Part shown: piece by piece, positions 13,783 through 24,968 of the stretch | How positions within the stretch are numbered: position 1 is the first letter of the stretch | Layout: each line of letters begins with the position of its first letter | Assembly (NCBI GenBank): GCA_000708835.1 | Contig: DF236974.1 | Span: 112,626 to 176,625 of the forward strand | Origin: Klebsormidium nitens | Taxonomy: Eukaryota; Plantae; Klebsormidiophyceae | DNA: 64,000 nt | Direction: 5' to 3' | The notes under the pieces: generated by a model | What the model saw: the letters and a program-made list of their open reading frames with translations, nothing else | The model's database searches: none | What the model was told of the DNA's origin: nothing | Program-made: the position numbers and the translations under genes

Positions 13783-14981
13783 ATTGTGTTGAGACAACTT
13801 GAGGATAGTCGTGAACTAGATGTGTAGCAAAAGCAGCTCAGGTCGGCTGTACATTCCGAGAAGGGTAATCGATTTTTATCAGTGGGCGGGGAGTCGGAAC
13901 AATGTACCGAAGCTTCATCGACTAGCCAACCATGCACGTGCAAGATGGCTCCGTTCATACCGTCTGAAAAGCCCGACTGTCTATCGACGAGTATTTTTTG
14001 CATTGCAAGTGAGATGTGCGGCGTTCGCTCGACCTTCACAGCATGTAGCCTGGCATGCATAAGTTTGTAACTCGTCACGGGTTTGCAATACAGATCCAAA
14101 TACCTACGGGCGTGCATAATGTAGGCCTTCTAGTTCATGACAAAGGCCTCGTTGAGAATTCATGAAAACTCATGAAAATTCAGAATTAAACTAGCATGTG
14201 CGTAATTCTCGTTGGCAAGCCCATGCTGCTACATACGACCCTCGCATTTATATAAGCCAATGAATCTGCATGCACACCTACGCGCGACCCAATATCCTGC
14301 AGGAGTTTTAGGGTGTAGGGTGTCGGGTAGCTGCATGATCGATGAATTACACATGTCAATCGCGATGGCACATGGCACATGGTCACGTGCAACCGCGATA
14401 TCCGTCCAAGCGTGCCAAGCATGTATACAAGCGGGTTGTCAGTGCAGCTTGTGCACATATGGCCGCCCGGCCACCGACTCAACAGCGATCAACAAATTAA
14501 ATTGCGAAGACACAATTAGGAACGTAACATGTCTGCCATATGTGCGTAGGGTCTAATCTGCTCATGCATGGTTGAAGTGAATGCTGCGCCATACAAGTGT
14601 ATGCGACATACATGGGGCAATAGTGAACGCATGGCCAACTCTGGAAGCTTCGTGTTTTCCGTCAATCTCAAACGGCCTGCTGTCTTCTCCTATATGCTTC
14701 TATTTGATTCACTATGGAATCCAACCTGATGAAAGCTAGGAAGCACAGCCCTACTGTTTCTGAAAAGTACTGTACTCTGATGGCAGAGCCATTTCAGGAT
14801 CCACGAAAGAGCTGTCCACCGCTGTGGCCTGCCCAGAATACCTGTCTGCAATCAACTACGCCCCTTTTACCATCTAGGTAATTTGGCAGGCTTTTTCTTA
14901 AACAAAGCTGTCGTGGTAATGCACCTTTGAAGATGAAAAGACTCACAGCTCATAAACGAACGTACCAGGTGCAAACACTTA

Positions 14982-17900
14982 TCAACCAAGGTAGACGGGT
15001 TTGACGGCTTTGCTTTTCTTGAGGTTGCAACCCACGGAACACTTGTACGGCGGCTTGGCCTGACCACTCAACCACTTTACGGAGCACTTGCGGCACAGGA
15101 GTGCGTGGCCGCAGGCAAAGTGATGGCGGACCGTGGTCTCGCTCCAATCGTCCATGCAACTGATGCACTCCCCGACCTGCACCCAAAAGAGAAAGTGTGT
15201 GAATTGCGGTAAAGTAACGTCGATCCGGGAAGATTGCCAGGCCTATCAGAGGATGATCCAGCGAACCTGAATTCTGGTATCGAGATGAAGAGGTATACTA
15301 CGGCGAGGTTGGATCAACGTCGCTCGTTATGTGGTGATGCAGAAGGCGGAACAGATAGAGCAAGATGGAAGGAAGAAGATGCAATAGGAGCGAAGAAAGT
15401 GATCGAAAACGCGAGCTCTGGGATGCTTGCTAGAGCGCTGCAGGAAGCGTCCATGTAACCTATAGGGCAGTGAGTTCCAATAACTAGCGGACATCTCCAA
15501 AACTGTGGTCTTCACTATATTCGACACCGCCTCGGTCTTCGCGTTCGTAGTCCGCGAGACATGCAACGCGTCCAATATGAGACCTGAACTTAAGCGTTCT
15601 TTACACGGAAGAAGGCCGCTCACCCCGCCGCCGTTTCGCTCCTTTTGCTCTAGTTCTTCCCACCTCTCCCGCAGGCGCTCCTTGTCTTTCTCAATGGCTG
15701 CTCTCTCTGCCGCAATCTGTTCTCGCAGCTCGCGTGTCTTTTCGTCCAAGCTGCGCTGGGCTTGCTCTTGCTCCCTGTACCAGTAACGGACGTGGATTGA
15801 GTTGAATAGAAGACTCGTAGATAGACAAAAACGGAGACACGTGAATGCACAGGAAGACCATTGAAAATTCGAGATTCTGGCCGCTCGCCCATCTTGATGG
15901 TCTTCCGGGACCATGACGGCGTATTCTGGTATATTGCAACCGGACCAGTGGAACGTCGAAGACAACAATCTGTAAAGGGAACGCGGAAGGGTTCCGAAGC
16001 AGGTTCTTTGGCAGCGCAATAAAAAGGCACCAGCACTGATGCTCGGCCACCGTTCACGATGAGAAGAAGGGATGACAGGTCGTTCCGTCAATGGTTTTGG
16101 CCCCACCTTTCAAGCTGCGCTTTGGCGGCTTCGAGATCGTGGCGCAATTTCGAAATGGACGCACTTTCTAGGCAGCAATCCGGCTTTTCCTGCGCCGGCT
16201 CGATGCTCGATGGCTTGGCCTCCGGACTGCAAACGAGATATCTTTACATGAGCACAGCGCCGCTCAAGGCAAGTGCTTCCAGCAGGCTTTCTCAAATATA
16301 TTCAAGGCCTCGATCGACTTCATAGTTTCGAAGACCCTCGCTACGCTGCCCTCGTTTCGATTGTTATGTTGAGCCAACATGTCCTACATTGAATGACAGA
16401 CTTTACTTTCGAAGGCCTTGTGCAGCACTGTGGTTCCCAAAAGCGTCTATATGCTGCCCTCATGTGGGTTGACGCGTTCAGTAAGTGTGGCACAACCAAT
16501 GTGAACGAGGAGATTTTACTGCATCGAGAAGAGCGATCAGGACTGCAGGCCAGCCCAAAGCCGTTGGGCTACTGTCGGCCCTTCCAATAAGCTTGTGACT
16601 CAAAAGCAACCGTCGTGTACAGAAGGTGAGATAGCTTGCCTGCCACTCTGCCAGTCCGCAGTGCTTTCGCTGGGCAACTGTTTGCAGACATGTCTCAGGT
16701 AAGGCGCCAGAGGGTCATAGCAGTCCGACAGCCCTTCAGTTTCCCCGCCCCGCGCTCCGCCTTCTTGCTCGACCCCGATCTCGCCTTTCGAAGCCCCTTC
16801 GCTGGCTGCAATCGTGGAAGCACTTCCAAAGACCGCCCGTGATACAAACTCCAGCCCGCTTTCCCCCTTTTCAGCGGTTTTGCTTGTTGTTTCCCTCGCC
16901 GTTTCCGGAGACACCTGAAGGCCCGGCCGAGTCAGATACGGGGCCACTTCGGAAGCCCCAGCCTCATTTTCAAACAGCCCCACAGTCATCATTTGCGGTC
17001 GTCCCACTCCCACTTCAACCAAACGCAGTGCTTTCTCAACCGGTCTCGGAGATCTTGTCTTCGCCTGCCTCATATCCGTCGCCCGCTTTTCCTGCCGCTA
17101 AGCAGCCTGCCACCGTCGACCGCTTGGCAGAACCGCCGTCTGCGGATTCCTTCCGCTGAGATGGACTAGCTGGCAAGCCGACTTTTGGGATGCTCGCCTC
17201 TGCTTCCGTTTGGCCCCCCTTGGCTTCCGGTGTCGCACCCGCCTTCCTCGGGACCGTTGCCGCAAAGACTGCCGCAAAGGCTGCCGCGACGGCGCCGGAA
17301 AGAGAACCCTCCGGAACGAAGCTCCCCGCTCGTCTCTTACGGAACACCTCTGTTATAGGCGCCGACCTACTTACCAAGCCTCGGCCCAGATCCGTTTCTT
17401 CTGGCATGTTTTCAACTTCCCGCAGCACCAGGCTCACAGAACCTAGCGCTGCTCGCTCTGCGCTTGCTCCCAGTGCTCCCTCCGCACCTTGTGCGGGCCC
17501 CTTATCCTTCGTAAAGTCGCCGAGCTCTGATAGAAGCTTAATCCCTTTCGGCTTCATGCCCGGCAACTCAGTATCCGCCTCTGGAAAAGCGCACGCCATG
17601 TCAACCTCACCGCTACACCCCTCCGCACGGGAATCGCCCGTGGTGCACGCTTAAGAACTCGGTCTAATGTGGTGACGTCAGCAGCCACTTCCACCGCAGA
17701 ACTCTCACCCTCCCCCGTTCCGTTTCGTTGGTTCTTGCAGGTCTCTCCATACATCGAGCACCCCAAGCCCATCACCTGTTGCCTTTTCGGCTCTGTCAGT
17801 ATCTCCCGCACTTCCCCTTTCCAAATCGCCACCTCTCGACTCCGCTTTCCCTCCACTCGCGACCGCGTTTCCGATCCCGTCTCGCGTCCTAAGCTCGCGG

Positions 17901-20900
17901 CCCGCCTTACCCTCCAGAGAGGCTTGACCCCTCCAATCGTGTCAGCCCGTTCTTGCAAAGACTCTCCTGCTGGATCGCCCGACGTTTCCGCTGCTGACGT
18001 GGCACTTGCCCGGCTAACGATTCCCCTGTTCACACCAGCTTGGGGCGGGTGAAGATCAACGGGCTTAGACATCGGCGGAGCGACGAAATTGCTCAAGCCC
18101 GGTCCTGCCACACTGGGCGGAGAAGCCGGGTCCCGCGCTGCAGCTTCGTCTTTCTGTACTACGGCGTCTTGGGGCGCCGCATCGAAACCGGGGGGATGAG
18201 CAGGCGGGATTGTGGGGAGGGAAGAGCCGCGCTGATTGAGCAGTGTGAGCAACTGGCCTGAGTCGGCGGCGAGGATCAGGGAGTGCAGGGGGCATGGGGG
18301 CAGCCAGCCGTCTGCATGATGCATCTGCAAGAACGATATCACACGGGCTTATGAGAAGTCGCACAGGTTTTAAGTCCAGCATCACGCTGCAAGGCTGGAA
18401 AACCTGAAGCAAAACAAACTCTACAAGGACTGATGTTCTGAGCGGAGGACCAGTAATCGAGCGAAAACGCAGACACGGATGCAAGTCCTTCGTCGGCAAG
18501 CCTCCTCTCGAAGCAACCGACACGGACTGCAGTTTCACCACACCGCAAGAGGTGACGCGATGGGCATGCCAGGTGTCGACTCATCCGCCTCGCTTGTCTC
18601 CGGCCCCTCGGGGGGACAAGATGCTGCAGCGCTAGTCTGCACTGCATTTTGAGCTTGGATGTCGACGATGTAATCCATCCTCCGCCGTCTTTCGAGAGAT
18701 GGAACACCTCGTCGGAACAATAGTCCCTGCGTTCAAGGGGCAGGAGTGTGGGCTGACCTCGAGGTGGGGGTACAGGTGGCCCCGCTCGAGCCAGATGCGC
18801 AGGTGCTGCAGCATAAACGGCCCCGCCTCAGTGCCGTCCGCTGCTTGGTACCGCCACGCGGCCGCCTCCTCTACCTGGACACCAGACGAAGTGGTTAAGG
18901 GGTTTTTCGAAGCTTTGGGGAAACTGATGTAGCCTTCATGCAACATGGAGATGTTGGAAATCGCATGCAGGAATGTGGACCGGCGTCAGAGGCGGGACTA
19001 CAAATAAAGCTTAGAAGGTAAAGGCTCAGCGACTTGAAACTAGTTCATAACCCAGTATCTAGCTGGGCTGTGGGATAGTCCAAGCGGTCTATTGAAGGTG
19101 AGCACTGCTTTATGTCTGTCCTAGCGCCGCAACCTGGCACATTAGGTCTAGCGCGAGCAATCTGACACACACTGCAGTACACGTCTGCTGCTCAAGAGAG
19201 GTCACGAGAACTCGAACCAGCCGACTCGCAACCGGTGTTAATCATTCAGTTCCCAACTTCCGCTCAACGCTCAATCAGCCGATGCTTACCTGCTCGTGCG
19301 TCATCCCCCCTGGCTGTGGCGGGGCCCCGCCTGTCTCTGCGAACTGCTGACTAGATTCCGGCGAAACTGCACCACCTTGCGGCGCGGGCTCCGCCTTCCG
19401 TTCACTTCCGCCGCTATCTTCGTCCCGTTTCTTTCCGCTGAATTCAATCCCTTCGTAATCCTCGCTTTGTCTGGTCAGCCCGATCTTCCTCTCGTGCGTC
19501 CTGCTGACAGCCCTCGTCACGCCAGTCGCATCACCCTTCGAATTCGCAGTGTCAACCTGCTCCCTCAGCAAATCATCTTGAGTGCTCGACACTCCCCAGA
19601 CCGCCCCAGCAGGTTGCGCCTTCCCCCCATCCTCTTGCTCGCCAGCGATCTTCGCAAAGCCCTGCGCTCCATTGCCGCCACTCTGCACCGCCCCATGCCC
19701 TCCAACTACAGCGTCCTTTTCGAGCAATCGCCCCACAGCTACCTCTAACGCACTCTTTGCCAGCAGCCCCTTCAGCCAGGCCCGCCCCGCGGGCCGCTCG
19801 CCCCCCTCGTTGACACTAGGGGCCTTCTCGCTTAACTCCAACCTGGCCCCGCCAGCCGCGGTGTCAATGCTTTGGTCGGCCAGGGCCACCAACCGACTGC
19901 CAGACGACGACAATCGCTTGAGAGGTACACGTAAGCCCTCCGGCCCCTCCGTTGCGCTGCCAGGCTTCGTCGCTCTTGACAAACTCTCTTGTGGTGACTG
20001 GGCAGACCGCCAAGGAGTTGACGCTACCTCCAGTCCGTCAGATGACACGTCGGCAACGCCCAAGCCGACTAGTTCACCGGCCACTCCATAGTCTGGCGCA
20101 TCCAGGTCCTCGACAGCCGCCGGGATCTCAGGCGTAGGGGAAGGCGGGGGTGACTGAAAGACAGTTTCGCGTTCTGGGGGGGCGCAGTTTGGAGAGAGGG
20201 ACGCGCTCTCTGATCGGGAGCGCGCAGACAGCCGCACATACCGGATCGCATTACCGGGTGAATTCCCGGTCCTCAAGTACTCCACCTCCTGCAGCAATAG
20301 ATGTCAAAATCAGAGCTTTTTTGAATCTTTTTCGAATCGCGTCTCCTGGGTTTCAATTCGTGTATCTGGGCCGCCGGATCTTGCTGTTGAAATGGGTGCC
20401 GTTTACACCACAAGCGAACGGGATTTGAGATGCGGTACAGAAGTTCGAGTCAGGCTTCGGGACGGTCCCAGTAACTAGTGCAGCAACTCGCAAAAAGATG
20501 GGCACCAACATTTGGAGAATTGCAGTTCAAGGGACATTCTTGGGTGATTGCAAAGTCTCTGCTTCCGAGGAAGCAAGGCAACGCACCTCTGATCGCGTCC
20601 AATGGTACCGCAGACAGTCTTCGGCTCGCCCTTCGCACTTTCCGGCAACATAATCAAGACAAAGGTATTTCGCAGCGATCTGCGGCGGCCTGTAGAAAAG
20701 CGCACGTGTCCGATGAGGCATGTTCGTACACCATCAAATCTGCGGATGAAGCTTCCTCCGACACTCAGCGATGCAAAGCGTCTTTTTCGGGACGACTGTT
20801 TCTATCACCAAAGAATCCATTGCAGATACTTAGGAACACATGAAGATAAGTGAGGACCTGCAGGAGTCAGCGATAAAGCCAGGAAAGCTTAGCAACTGGC

Positions 20901-23900
20901 CAACTAGTGGAAGACCATTGGCCACGTGCTCAGCACACCCACCTCGCCGGGTGTCTATACGGGCACCTCAGCTTTGAGCACCGCAGCCTCAAGAACATCT
21001 CGAAACAGACTCTGTCCTCGAGTTTTCGCCCCCGCTCGGCCTGCGACGACGGCCTCTCTGCGCAGTCCTTGATCTTCTTGCGCTCCTCGTTTTGTGGCTC
21101 GTCTCGCCGCTCCTCGTCAGTTTTCTCGTGCTTCCTCTTTCGACGTTCCTCCCCGTGGTCTCGACCCCCGTCCTTACGTGCATCCGGGTCTCGCTTCCGG
21201 TACCTATCTCGGTCCTTGTCCCGGTCCCTACCCCGTTCCCCCTCTTGGTCCTTGTCCCGGTCCCTACCCCGGTCTCTCTCTCGGTCCCTCTCGCGGTCCC
21301 AATCCTGGACCCCCTCTCGGTCCTTGTCTTGGTCCCTACCCTGGTCCCCCTTGCGGTCCCTCTCTTGGTCCCTCTTTCGGTCCCTCTCACGGTTCCTCTC
21401 CCGGCCCTCGTCTCGGTCCCGGCTGCGCTTGCGGTCGGTTTCCCTGTGACGGCTCCGCTTCCTGCGCTCCTCCGGGTCTCTTGCCGACTTTGCCTCCTTC
21501 TGACGCCGCAAGTTCTCTTCCCTCCGCCTCTTTCGCTCACTATCAGTCCCACCATCTCGGCTGCCCTCACGCTTTTCCCCACCCTTCAGCTCCCCCCTGC
21601 TTTCGGCCCCAGTAGCAACCGACCCCCCTGGAAAAATGTGACCTGGCTTTTCCCTGTTACTACTGGGCCCCGGAGCGTGCCCTGACAGCGGCCGCACATC
21701 CTTCCTCGTCTCCGCCCTAACTTTTTTGCCACTTTCCGTCTTGAGAGGCTCAAGTGGATGCACCGCCTCTGCCCCGAGCACTGGACCACTTTCGACGTTT
21801 GGCCTGGACATTGAACCAGGAGAATCCATCTCCCGGCTGCGCAGTCCAAGCGTGTCCACTCCGACCTTATTTCCAGCCCCAAAATCCCCATTTTCCACTT
21901 CCGCTGTCGCCTCGACAAAAATTTCGCCTTCCCCCCCTTGCCTGGGTATTGGCTTGGGCAGCCCAAAAGGTGACGTCAGCGCCACTCCGCTTGGACCGTC
22001 TTGCCCTTCCGTCCCGTCTGCGTCCGCTTTGCATTCTGTCGGACCCGCCTCTAGTTCCCCCCGTGCCTCTTCCGCTTGCCCGTTCCTCCAGCCTTGCTTC
22101 TCCTCTCCAGTCGCCACCGCCTCTATATCCGTTTCGATCTTTAAGCCCCACTCTCTCTCTGCTCTCAGCAGTAACATTCGCCGCATACTTTCAGAAAGGA
22201 GCCGTTCCTCTACACCAGCCGCTTCATCAAGCCCGTCAGCCTTGTGAGTTTCCTCCACCGCAGGTTCGGACGGACCGTCTTCCGCTCCAGGGCCCCCGTT
22301 TTCTTGGGCTGTTTGTGCTTCCCAGGCAAAAGTGGTGTTGAGCTGCAGCACACAGACCGGAAGTTTAGAACGGAACCCCCGGAATAAGACAAAACAGCGG
22401 CAGACGTCAATTAGGAATCTGGAGATCCGACCATTCGAGGAGTTGCCGCCTAGTGGGAGGTTCCCTGCATGGGGGTCCCACTGTTCTACAAGTCTCATGA
22501 TTACGCGTCTGCATTCGAGAAACCCCAAAACGTGGATTGAACGGCCTAGCACAATCAGCAAAAACTTCGCCTGCTTGGACTTTATGGAGACTACACTGAC
22601 CAGGGCCACATACTCGGATGGTAGGCGGCAGATTGCAGATACATACGGGCTACCGAGAAGGAGTTTGTAGACATTCTTTTCTACCGCCAGGTTTGAGGAG
22701 ACAGCTAGCAAGGTGGCTGACGTGACTAAAGGGACAGCCACATACACACATTTGTGCTCATTCAAAGTCAGCAACTCACAAAAGCTTCCAAAGAGCCTGT
22801 AGTTTGTGATCCCTGTGCTGCATCCCATAATGGCTGACAACATGGCTGCTTGAGTGATTCTAACTGCTCACCTGTTCACTCCGCTCGTCCGGGTTGCCCA
22901 CAAGAAGCTGTCCTAGTTGCGCGCAGTCCAAGTCACAGTCTGGCTGCACACAGCCCTGCATGCACAATTGCCCCAACTGAATCTCTGATACAAAATGATG
23001 TACACTTACAGGACTTTCCAATGACTGTCGGGGCTCTCGACTTCAGGCTTGACAATAACTTGAAACCTTATGTGCATCATATGAAGTCATGTGCCTTGTT
23101 CTTGACGCAACCTTCTGATCTCAGAAGACTTCAAGTTCGAAAGCACAAGGCACCATATCATTCTGGCAGAACGCAGTTTGGCAAGATGAGCCAACAGTGT
23201 CACTGAGAACAACTCTGCCTGTTCTTGTGCTCACGCTTCGCAAGCTTAGACACATTTGTGACTTGCCCCACGAGTGACCTCACCTGCGACAGCCTGCACC
23301 GCTGAAGAACTGCGAACGGGCTGTTGGAGGCTCCATCAACCCGCCATTGTTCGTGAAACTTCAAAAGTTTATCCACCAGATTCTGGCGTTCGGCCCCGCA
23401 ACTATTCCCCTCAGGTATGCCATCGTTGGGATGCGTACGCCAACTGCTTTCGCCCTCAATACTGGCCAACACTGGTTCCTCAAGAGGGACCTGCGGGGGC
23501 CAAAAAAGGAAAACTTATGAGGACGCTCGCTTTCTGCAGGATTATCAGGTGGAGCTCAGCCGATCCAAGGAGGAAGAGAAGCTGTATTCTTCTGACATTC
23601 GTCAAGCAAGGAGACAGTGGCCCAAAGGATTGTTGTTGTCCCCTATGCTATCAGAAGCACAGCAGATTGACTGCAGTGGCTCATGCAGACCATAATGAAA
23701 GAAACAAAAAGTGAATTTCCCAGGCTCCAAGGATGAGTCAAAAAGAAGCCCCCATCTCTGCACTGGCTAGCCAGCCCTCAGTGTGCCCCCAAAAGTAGTC
23801 TCAGTGACTGCTGAAAGGCCCATAAACCATAAGCCCTGCTGGGATGCACACTGAAGGTGTCTAGTTAAACTGCCCCTCAGAGAAAACTCGTGAAGTGCCA

Positions 23901-24340
23901 CTGACTAAGATGCAAGTGTTCATTTTATTTCTCTCCCAATGCTGCCAGGTGGGGAGCAGGCAAGGAGATACTTCAATCACGCTGTCTGCAAGGATGAAGT
24001 GGCTGCTTTTCTACCAAAAACAGCCATGATGCTGTATTGTATGCCCATGTCTTCTGCCTTCAAACAGCTTTTTCTTCCTGAAAGTGGGCCCTCACCAACC
24101 CCCATATGTTGCATTAACGCGCCCCAGTGCCCCTTTCAATGCAGTTTCCTCTTCTCTTCAGAGAGAACAAGAAGCACTGAAGACAAAAGGTCCGCTTGAC
24201 AAAAATCTTCACCTTCCGCATGTCTGCCGCCTCTGTGTTTGACTCTTCCATTGGCCGCAACACTACATTCAGCATCTTGATTGCATGCCCCTCTGATTGC
24301 ATTTCTTCAGCTGCGATCAGCGAAAGTGAATCAGCATTGG
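14982..24340 (-). CDS. Large (>1600 aa) multidomain protein: RD/RE mixed-charge tract, two CCCH zinc fingers, GYF-like domain, disordered linkers, coiled coil, C-terminal RING-HC; 5' end unresolved
   Basis: Phase-compatible exons ~24340-24213, 23490-23235, 22984-22872, 22342-20943, 20689-20587, 20288-19290, 18874-18758, 18324-17709, 17580-~17070, ~16915-16640, 16226-16107, 15774-15624, 15176-14982. CCCH1 CFEMFLRLRCSKLRCPYRH; CCCH2 CLDYVAGKCEGRAEDCLRYH; GYF-like WRYQAADGTEAGPFMLQHLRIWLERGHLYPHLE|MHHADGW; RING CISC..CGHALLCRKC..CSVGC. The junction near 17070-16915 is not securely resolved, so two genes cannot be excluded. Confidence 0.7.
21180..21480 (-). repeat. Coding low-complexity repeat (cggtccct-like units) encoding an Arg-Asp/Arg-Glu tract
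   Basis: Translates RDRDKDQEGERGRDRDKDRDR...; explains the many overlapping open frames at 21.0-21.7 kb. Confidence 0.85.
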
Positions 24341-24968
24341 CTGAGAAGACCTCCACGTGGCTCCGTGAAGCAACTCGAGGTGTCCCTCCACTGGCATGGG
24401 TTTTCGACCAATAATCCAACCAATTTGAGAGCCACATTGTGAGGCTGTTCGAAGGCGTCAAGGTTCTTGCAGCATTGCGGCATTGGACTGTTGCAGCAGC
24501 ACAGCAGACTGCAGTGCGAGTTCTTCGAGCTGCTTTCTGAAGGTTTTCACCCCAAAGGTTGCCCGGTGTCAGTCTCTTCCTGACTCTCAGTGATTGTGTT
24601 GCAGCCTCACCTTTCGCACTTTTACTTGACACTACCGGCTGCCTCAGCTTCCTTGACACGAGCTGAGCACTTCAGTTCAACTTCCAAGTCCTCAACAGAG
24701 GGCAGGGCGTCTGCTCGGCCGGCCAGCAAGCTCGAAAGTCCTTCCTTCAGCTGAACAGATGGTGGATCACCAGCCTCGCCCCTTGTATCAGATTTCCCCA
24801 GCTCAAGCAACCAAACGCACCACTACAAATCTATTTTTAGCGCTCTCAGGATAAGCGTGTATACTGCAGGTTTACAGCGTGGTGTGATTGCTTGAACCTT
24901 GCCTGAGCACAATATCCATGCAACACACATAAACAGACTCAGCGATGAGGTGGTGGTCAGAGCGATGG

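Noticed and set aside
15327-16106. 259-aa single ORF
   Set aside because: Chance open frame spanning two introns; only 15774-15624 is exonic.
20989-22341. Multiple overlapping P/S/V-rich ORFs on both strands
   Set aside because: Shadow frames of the RD-repeat and GC-rich coding exon.
20930-22843. 637-aa ORF as one exon
   Set aside because: The first ~165 codons (22843-22343) are intronic; a clear acceptor gtgctgcag| sits at 22342 and is phase-compatible with the upstream exon.
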